Shown: positions 57,285-64,000 of the stretch, in pieces
Layout of the letters: each line of letters begins with the position of its first letter
How positions within the stretch are numbered: the stretch's first letter is position 1
From: Nitrosopumilus sp.
GTDB lineage: Archaea; Thermoproteota; Nitrososphaeria; Nitrososphaerales; Nitrosopumilaceae
Reading direction: 5' to 3'
DNA length: 64,000 nt
Assembly (NCBI GenBank): GCA_965207445.1
Contig: CBDBLX010000002.1
Coordinates: 1,719,849 to 1,783,848 of the forward strand
Position numbers and translations under genes: made by a program
The notes under the pieces: generated by a model
Databases searched by the model: none
The model's input: the letters and a program-made list of their open reading frames with translations, nothing else
Told to the model about the DNA's origin: nothing

Positions 57285-57373
57285 TCTAGTATCATGCACA
57301 CGATACATATGGCTAGTAGTTATTTTTGAATGATCATATTAATTATGAATCTTGACTCACACTTATTATACAA

Positions 57374-57479
57374 TAGCCCGAGGCAGATTCGAACTGCCGT
57401 CTCTGCCTATCCACTCTTGAGATCCAGAGGGCAGAATCCTTGATCCAAAATTTGTTTGACCGAACTAGACTATCGGGCT
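57374..57479 (-). tRNA. tRNA-Gln(CTG) with two introns (57440-57455 at 21/22; 57408-57422 at ~38/39)
   Basis: AGCCCGA/TCGGGCT acceptor; removing both BHB-bounded inserts yields a standard cloverleaf with loop CTCTGGA. Confidence 0.88.
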
Positions 57480-57714
57480 ACCACATAAACGAGAATACAA
57501 AGGCATATAATGTTTTTGAGATATCTCTGTACAAAAACCTAAAACTCACAAACAGATACACGTCATACAAGCAGTGTAGATGAGAAACAGTACACAACAC
57601 AATAAGATTGTAAACATGGTAAATATAAAATGATTATATTATAAACAATACATGTGTAAAATACAAGAGTAAAGGTAAGCAACCATTATAATATTATGAT
57701 ATGACATCATATGT

Positions 57715-58434
57715 ATGGATATTCAGCAACAACAACAGCAACGGCAACAAGAAGAAATTGAAAAATCATTAAATCTGTTAGAAAAAGATTGGAAGATAGA
57801 TCCCCTACTACGAGACTTTGTGCTTGGAAAGATAAAAAACGTCTCAGACCACATAGTCATTAGAGGAGATGTCACATTTCATATACCACAACTCAACGAT
57901 TCATCAAAGTACCTACTTTGGAAATGCTTGTGGCCTGATTGCCACAACTGCTGCGAGAGACAGGGCAGACTGCCGCTAACAAGTGACGACTTGATAACCA
58001 TAGGTGAGGGTCTAAAGTATACAAAGACATCAGAGTTTATCAAAAAAGAGACAGTGTTGGCCACATACAAACCAGAACAAGGCACTACAATGACTACCAT
58101 AAACCTCAAACGAAGAGAAGACGAGACAGAATTACAAGATGGAACACACATACCATGTAGGTTCTTAGGAGATGGAGATGGAGGGTGCAGTATACATCCC
58201 GCCAGACCCGGAGTATGCTACATTTACCCATTTTCTACATGGACTCAAAATGATAAAGGAGTTGCACGCATACACGCAGGATATCAATTAACAGGAGACT
58301 GTCCAGGATTTTATTTTGCAGATGACATTAATCAGATGCAACAAGAGTTTGAAGATTACTCTACAATAATACGAGATTACAACTTGGCATACGCAAGAAC
58401 AGATCGTGAAATGTGGAGTCATACGAGCATGTGA
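57715..58434 (+). CDS. YkgJ-family cysteine-cluster protein
   Basis: C..PDCHNCC, PCRFL..CSIHPARPGVCYIYPF, CPG. Confidence 0.9.
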   Translation: MDIQQQQQQRQQEEIEKSLNLLEKDWKIDPLLRDFVLGKIKNVSDHIVIRGDVTFHIPQLNDSSKYLLWKCLWPDCHNCCERQGRLPLTSDDLITIGEGLKYTKTSEFIKKETVLATYKPEQGTTMTTINLKRREDETELQDGTHIPCRFLGDGDGGCSIHPARPGVCYIYPFSTWTQNDKGVARIHAGYQLTGDCPGFYFADDINQMQQEFEDYSTIIRDYNLAYARTDREMWSHTSM

Positions 58435-59454
58435 TCAGGCTTTTGCCACTTTGATCAAGTCTGCTATACGTATATCCATACCAAATCGATCTTCGTGTTT
58501 CTTCATATATCGAAATATAGACAAAAAGTCAGGCAGTGATCTTAAAAAGCTAAAGTCATTTTGTATCTTTGCATGCACAAAATTAAACACTTTGCCGTAC
58601 ACCTTGTAATGCTCATCAACTGCCTTTTCATACATTGCAAAATCATCCATATGATCTAAAAATATATTCACACATTGCATTGAAGGAATTATACCTTCGC
58701 CCAACAAGGCATACACTGTTCCAATTGACTCGCCAACTCCAACCACCTTGCCACGGTAAAATGGCTTGCATTTGTTTGGTGTTGCAAGGCGAATAGGCCT
58801 ACCCTTTGTCTGGAGTATAGTACCACCATGCTTTTCAAAAAAAGATTTTGTTGCTTTGATGTGATTCTTGTTATAGTCTCCTGCACCTATGTGTGCCCAT
58901 TTTTCACCCAATGGAAAGTACCAAAAATAACCAGACATGCCTGGAAACGGCTCTATGTAAAAATCATCATATGGCACACCATTCTCATACTCCACTTTGT
59001 ATTCGAATGTTGGTAGGAAAAAATCTTTTTTGAGTTTTGGAAGGTATGCACGGTTAAACCCAGTACAATCAACGATTATATCATATTCTTCATCAAGTTG
59101 ATCAAATGAGGGAGGCTTGCCATATTGTACATCGGCATCTTTGATAAATTCTTTGATCAATCCCAATTTGTTATATGTGCATAATCCATGTAATCCAATA
59201 TCAAATTTTACATTGTTGTTCATCGTAACGTGCATATGTTTGCCATCATGTATCAAAAACTTATCAAAGTCAACTCCAACTTTTTGGCAAAAGTCAGCCA
59301 ATACAGATTTTATAGTTCCCCAAGCACAAATGGAGTCATGTCGATCCTTTGACATTAATTCATACCCAACTACATTATGCTCAGTGTGCGCTAGACGAGC
59401 CATTAGATAAGAGCCTGCAACACCCATTCCCATAATAGCAATATTTTTTTTCAA
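58435..59454 (-). CDS. FAD-dependent oxidoreductase (geranylgeranyl-reductase-like)
   Basis: IMGMGVAG, CAWG, GYFWYFP, VGESIGTV..GEGI. Confidence 0.85.
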   Translation of the reverse strand: MKKNIAIMGMGVAGSYLMARLAHTEHNVVGYELMSKDRHDSICAWGTIKSVLADFCQKVGVDFDKFLIHDGKHMHVTMNNNVKFDIGLHGLCTYNKLGLIKEFIKDADVQYGKPPSFDQLDEEYDIIVDCTGFNRAYLPKLKKDFFLPTFEYKVEYENGVPYDDFYIEPFPGMSGYFWYFPLGEKWAHIGAGDYNKNHIKATKSFFEKHGGTILQTKGRPIRLATPNKCKPFYRGKVVGVGESIGTVYALLGEGIIPSMQCVNIFLDHMDDFAMYEKAVDEHYKVYGKVFNFVHAKIQNDFSFLRSLPDFLSIFRYMKKHEDRFGMDIRIADLIKVAKA

Positions 59455-59697
59455 GATATTGTTATCATGTAAAATACCCAATAAATACAATTATGATAGA
59501 TATTGTGTTTAGAGTATGGTGTAGACAAATAATTTTTATTATAAATATTCATATACAAAATGTAATTTTAAAAATGAGTGCGAGGTACAAATCTAATACA
59601 GAAAAATAAGAAAGACTTTTTGAATGGTTTAGTGAATATTTAATTCAAAAATGATGAATTGTATTAATTAATTAAATTTAGATTCTCCAATCTGATG

Positions 59698-60405
59698 TTA
59701 GATTATTTTTTTGCGCGCCGCATCAACTCGCATAATTGCAATCTTGTTTTTAGGTCCACTAAGCCGTGCCTCAAATATCGGTACATACAACTCTTCAATA
59801 CGATCCAGATCAAACTGCTCACTCAGGTTTTCAATGTCATCTTCTAGTGGACTCTTCAAGTGCTCCTCCAAAATAGCAACAGCGTCTGCACGATCAATCT
59901 TTTGTTCTTTAACAGAAGTTGCATTGTCAAGTACCTCAGCAGGATTAATCTCAACAGTTTCAGATTTAATCTTGTATTTGGGAGCACTTGTTTGATTCCC
60001 ATCAATATCAAATGTCAAACTTAGAGATGTATTAGTGTGTACATGCTCTTTTAGGGTAATTGGAATGCTTACAGAGCCACGTCTTACTGAAAGCGCCCTT
60101 GCAATACGTGATTTTTTTTGGACATTAAAAGTAGTATTACCAATAATTATACTATGTACAGATTTATCTACCTTGAGTGCATGTGTAGCATTACGTAGAT
60201 AGTCCGCAGAGTACGAGCCAGATACGGTCCTCAAACACTCATATGACAACTCAATGTTTTGTATATGAACATTATCTTTAGGGTGAGAGAAAGAAGAACC
60301 AAATGCAGTATGTTTTTTTTGATCCACAAATTCGTGTGCAGATACAACATCAAGTGCACAACGCAATACTGCAATTTTTGTAGATGAGTCATAACCTTTT
60401 GTCAT
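59698..60405 (-). CDS. Hypothetical protein
   Basis: 235-aa ORF ending LYVPIFEARL..RVDA. Confidence 0.75.
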   Translation of the reverse strand: MTKGYDSSTKIAVLRCALDVVSAHEFVDQKKHTAFGSSFSHPKDNVHIQNIELSYECLRTVSGSYSADYLRNATHALKVDKSVHSIIIGNTTFNVQKKSRIARALSVRRGSVSIPITLKEHVHTNTSLSLTFDIDGNQTSAPKYKIKSETVEINPAEVLDNATSVKEQKIDRADAVAILEEHLKSPLEDDIENLSEQFDLDRIEELYVPIFEARLSGPKNKIAIMRVDAARKKII

Positions 60406-60445
60406 GATAGTACAGCAAGTATCTCAAATATATTTTATTATTTTG

Positions 60446-60526
60446 GTAACCGTTCAATTTCTTCTCAAATTTAAGCACAAATTCACCGCCTAACGTCTGG
60501 CGCAGGTACGGAGGTTGAATGGTTAC
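60446..60526. mobile_element. 81-bp MITE family A, copy 6, with 9-bp TSD ATTATTTTG
   Basis: Direct repeats at 60437-60445 and 60527-60535. Confidence 0.92.
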
Positions 60527-60770
60527 ATTATTTTGTTTTAAAAAAAATATATGCTAGTCAACAATATCAAAATTCGATCAGTGTTTGTAAAATTTTTACA
60601 ATAGCACATAATATGTGATACCACACTAATATTAGTGATAGATGTAAAATAGCACACCAACAAAGTGTAAAAACATTCAATGCAGATAAACAGGCGGCAT
60701 TTTAGACTCAGAATATTTACATATATCAAACATGGCAATTATTTTTAATATAGAGAATATAACAACAGTC

Positions 60771-61511
60771 ATGAATATGCATCAAGCTTTGAGAATACTT
60801 AATGTAGATAAAGCATCATCACAAGAAGAGATCAGGGCGGCATATCGTAAGATGGCACTTGAATTACATCCTGATAAGAACAGTAGTAATGGTGCAGAGT
60901 TTAAAAAAGTCACAGAGGCATACAATTATCTTAAATGCAATCAACATGAAATAAACAATACAGCAGAGAACACAGACAACAATTATGATAACAATTATGA
61001 TAACAATTATGATAACGCAAATAACAATAAAACAGAGAATAACAATTACGACGACACATTTTACGCAAATACAAAAAACAGAGCGCAGTGGGGTGCCGGG
61101 CCACAAGACGGCACAATCCCCGAACAGGATTGGGGTAAATTTACAAAGCATGTAGAAGACGAAGATCCAAACTTTTGGAAAGAGTATGAGAGAAAATTTT
61201 GGGAAGAATACAATGCAAGAGTCAACACAGACGGTAAAAATGGAGAATATGATAAAGCAGCAGAGCCAAATGACCAACCAAATCTCTTTGTAGATGTAGA
61301 CAAGAGTTTGTGTATTGGGTGCTGTAGTTGTGAGATAATAGCACCAGATGTCTTTGAGATTAACAAGGAGAGTATGATGAATCCAAAATCATCTGTGATT
61401 AATCAGATGGGTGCTGGCATAAACAAAATAATGAATGCTGCTGAAACATGCCCTACAAAAGCCATCAGAGTAGAGAATACAGATACAAAGGAGAGGCTAT
61501 TTCCGCATTAA
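60771..61511 (+). CDS. DnaJ-ferredoxin fusion (J-domain plus Fe-S ferredoxin)
   Basis: AYRKMALELHPDKN; CIGCCSC..APDVF..ETCPTKAI. Confidence 0.92.
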   Translation: MNMHQALRILNVDKASSQEEIRAAYRKMALELHPDKNSSNGAEFKKVTEAYNYLKCNQHEINNTAENTDNNYDNNYDNNYDNANNNKTENNNYDDTFYANTKNRAQWGAGPQDGTIPEQDWGKFTKHVEDEDPNFWKEYERKFWEEYNARVNTDGKNGEYDKAAEPNDQPNLFVDVDKSLCIGCCSCEIIAPDVFEINKESMMNPKSSVINQMGAGINKIMNAAETCPTKAIRVENTDTKERLFPH

Positions 61512-61579
61512 ACTGACAATCAAACATTAAAATCAATTTAATTAAAATATCACATATACAATTAAAATATCATATATAC

Positions 61580-64000
61580 GTAAGCGTTCAGGTCTAATTA
61601 TTGATGATCATAAGCAGGCACGCCTGCACGGGTCAATTAATGATATCACAGAGTATAATCCAGAATCGAGTGTGTCTAGATGAAAGGTGATGGGTGCGAT
61701 AATCCGAATTGTAAGTCATGTAAATTTTAGTAGTTGATATGATGTAAAATTTTAGGTGTTGTGATTAAATGATGCAGGTAAGTTGACCATGTAGATGAAT
61801 AAATTTTTGTTATTTAGTCATATTATGACATGTCGTGCGGCAACGTAGAGTCCGCATGAAACCGTGAAATTCCTTGCAATCATACTTTGATAGTTACGGA
61901 CGTATACTGTCTTCAGTAGATTGCTTTGTGTTTATCATTATCGGCGGAGGTATTCCAGAGGTAAAGATGTCCCAAGATTTATCTGCAGACATTTTAATGA
62001 TCGCGTCATATGCAGATGTTCCGTTTTTTCTACAAGTTCTAAAGAATGTCTGTAATCTGCCAAAGTTGCGTGCTGCAGTCCAGTTTGGAAATGGTCCTTT
62101 TCTTTTACTTTTGGACACAAGGACATCGCGTACATTATGCTCTGTATCATTGTTGTGTAGTGGGACTCCGGGGTATTTGATGCCTGTAAATACATGATCT
62201 CTTGCATTTTTCATTGTTGTAGCAGCCGTGTCCTCTATCATGTTTGATGCTTTGTCATATTTTGCCAAGAGTTGGGTTATTTTTTGTTGTACGGATTGAT
62301 CCAATCCTTTTTCTTTTATGATGTTTAGGTCACATGCACTCTGCATTGGGCCCCCGGCATATGCGGTGAATAATTTTGCGTTTGCTTTGGCATCTACAAA
62401 TATCTCACTGAGAAGTATGTGTCTGGTGCATTCTGGAGAATCAAACTCATTGTCCATTGCAGCATCTTCTACTTTGCGCGATATGTGTACTGTACATCGT
62501 TGAAAATCAAAGTTGTGCCAAGAGTATCCTTGGTATCCGTCACGAACATTTGGTCTGTTTGTGCCCCACTCTAGAAACATCTGCATCTCAGCTGTATACT
62601 TGTGTTCTACTGCCTTGTAATGCTCTGTTTTGTTTGTATTGGCAGTTAGCATCTGTATGTTGTCTTTTTTGACTTTGTGCGGTGACTCGTCACTTTTACT
62701 GTATGGCTGCATGGATGCCACTTCCATGATATGCACGTTTTTTGGTTGTGTGACAGATGATGTCCAGACTGTACTGTAACGAGTTTGTAGTGCCTCACTT
62801 TGGGCATACGTGTTCTCTCTAGTACGGTCATCTGCATCATAATCATCTAAAATGTCTGCACCCTTGCCCACTTTCCAACCGCCTGCAGGCTCAATAGGCA
62901 TCCGACATATACGCAAGTCATCTTCATCGATTACAAGTGGTTTTTCAATTGGCGAGTGTATAATTCGACTATCAACTAAATTTGCAGTTGCACTGACACA
63001 GTTTGACATGGCACCGATCGATATGTGCAGGTGTTCTCTATCTTTGATGTAACCTTGTGCAGTACGTACACTAGTGCCGCCGTTGTTGTACATGTTTATC
63101 AATGCACGCTCATTTACCAAAAATGCAGATCCGCTGATTGCATCTGTATCAGGTACGTATTCTTGACCGCATTGTGGGCATATTTCATGATACCACACGT
63201 ACATCAGAGTACGCCATACTCCATCGATATCTTGGCCAAACACTCTTTTGCGCACACACGAACCCTGAATCATGTCTGCTCTGCCACAACATGCACTCAA
63301 TCCAACTTTAAAAAGTATGGTCTTCTCGCACTTGCCCTCACGTGACTTGCCAACATGACCTGGCTGACCTCCGGGGTTTTTTGGCAGTTTTTGTAACAGA
63401 TCGCTATCCCCACTTGTCACATCCCCACTGTTCGTGTCACTGCTGCTCACAGACTCGTTGCGCTTTTTGGTCAGATGAGTTGCAAGTTCTTTTTGAAACT
63501 TTGCACGTTTGTCACCATATGGCTTGGATTTGGATGGACTGCCATTATATCCATACTCTATTGCAAATTTTTGTTGCAGTCCTGATAATTCTACCTTTAA
63601 TCGCTCTGCCAACTCGTCTTTGTTTTGATTTTTTGCTACAAGACCTAATATGGTCTCCACTGCCACCTCCATTGCACTCTTGAACAAATTCTCAATTGCT
63701 GTCTTTTCTTGATTTAACTTTGCATTATCATTGCGCAAAAGAACCATATCTTGATTTAATGCAACATCTCTCTCTTTCATATAGCCAATCATATCAAACA
63801 ATTCTACAATCTTGTCGTTTAATTCATCAATCGTGCAGTACGCCGCGTCTCTTTCGGCACGTATGCGATCAATCTCTAAAGGCATCACACTTGCACCTCC
63901 CATCTGATCGCATGTATCATGGTTAAATTCCCATTGTACAATATTGCATTGTTGATGTTTCTATTTGTCATTTTTGTCGGATAATGACAAATAGCGATAT
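61580..64000 (-). mobile_element. IS66-type single-ORF element; left end lies beyond the window
   Basis: Terminus GTAAGCGTTCAGGTCTAATTATT at 61580; transposase inside. Confidence 0.85.
61894..63903 (-). CDS. IS66-family transposase
   Basis: Coiled coil, SPSK, PGGQPGHVG, CPQCG, SDES, RDGY..Y..QRCTVHISR, HNNDTEHNVR. Confidence 0.88.
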   Translation of the reverse strand: MGGASVMPLEIDRIRAERDAAYCTIDELNDKIVELFDMIGYMKERDVALNQDMVLLRNDNAKLNQEKTAIENLFKSAMEVAVETILGLVAKNQNKDELAERLKVELSGLQQKFAIEYGYNGSPSKSKPYGDKRAKFQKELATHLTKKRNESVSSSDTNSGDVTSGDSDLLQKLPKNPGGQPGHVGKSREGKCEKTILFKVGLSACCGRADMIQGSCVRKRVFGQDIDGVWRTLMYVWYHEICPQCGQEYVPDTDAISGSAFLVNERALINMYNNGGTSVRTAQGYIKDREHLHISIGAMSNCVSATANLVDSRIIHSPIEKPLVIDEDDLRICRMPIEPAGGWKVGKGADILDDYDADDRTRENTYAQSEALQTRYSTVWTSSVTQPKNVHIMEVASMQPYSKSDESPHKVKKDNIQMLTANTNKTEHYKAVEHKYTAEMQMFLEWGTNRPNVRDGYQGYSWHNFDFQRCTVHISRKVEDAAMDNEFDSPECTRHILLSEIFVDAKANAKLFTAYAGGPMQSACDLNIIKEKGLDQSVQQKITQLLAKYDKASNMIEDTAATTMKNARDHVFTGIKYPGVPLHNNDTEHNVRDVLVSKSKRKGPFPNWTAARNFGRLQTFFRTCRKNGTSAYDAIIKMSADKSWDIFTSGIPPPIMINTKQSTEDSIRP

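Overview
Archaeal DNA that looks like Nitrosopumilaceae (Thaumarchaeota). The low GC, many mobile elements and in-frame microsatellite expansions suggest a host-associated lineage (inference). Housekeeping blocks include folD, purD, ileS, a Dps-like gene, sucCD, rpl40e, XPB-Bax1, TFB, aIF1, endA, rpl10e, rpl30e-nusA-rps12-rps7, DnaJ-ferredoxin and three tRNAs, two of them with non-canonical BHB introns. A ~26 kb accessory/defence island (~14.0-39.9 kb) follows tRNA-Val, and a smaller GC-rich islet lies at ~46.3-49.1 kb. Main highlights: (1) an IS110/IS1111-type recombinase inserted into the right inverted repeat of an IS481 element. Its 3' non-coding end folds into a two-loop bridge-RNA-like structure whose four guide segments spell the reconstructed IS481 target and its own circle junction. 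(2) A Type ISP restriction-modification gene with a (GCCA)20 frame switch between two tandem specificity-like segments. (3) A Hachiman-like pair. (4) A COMMD-like three-gene operon. (5) A six-copy 81-83 bp MITE. (6) An unannotated metallothionein-like peptide. All calls come from reading the sequence; no database searches were run.
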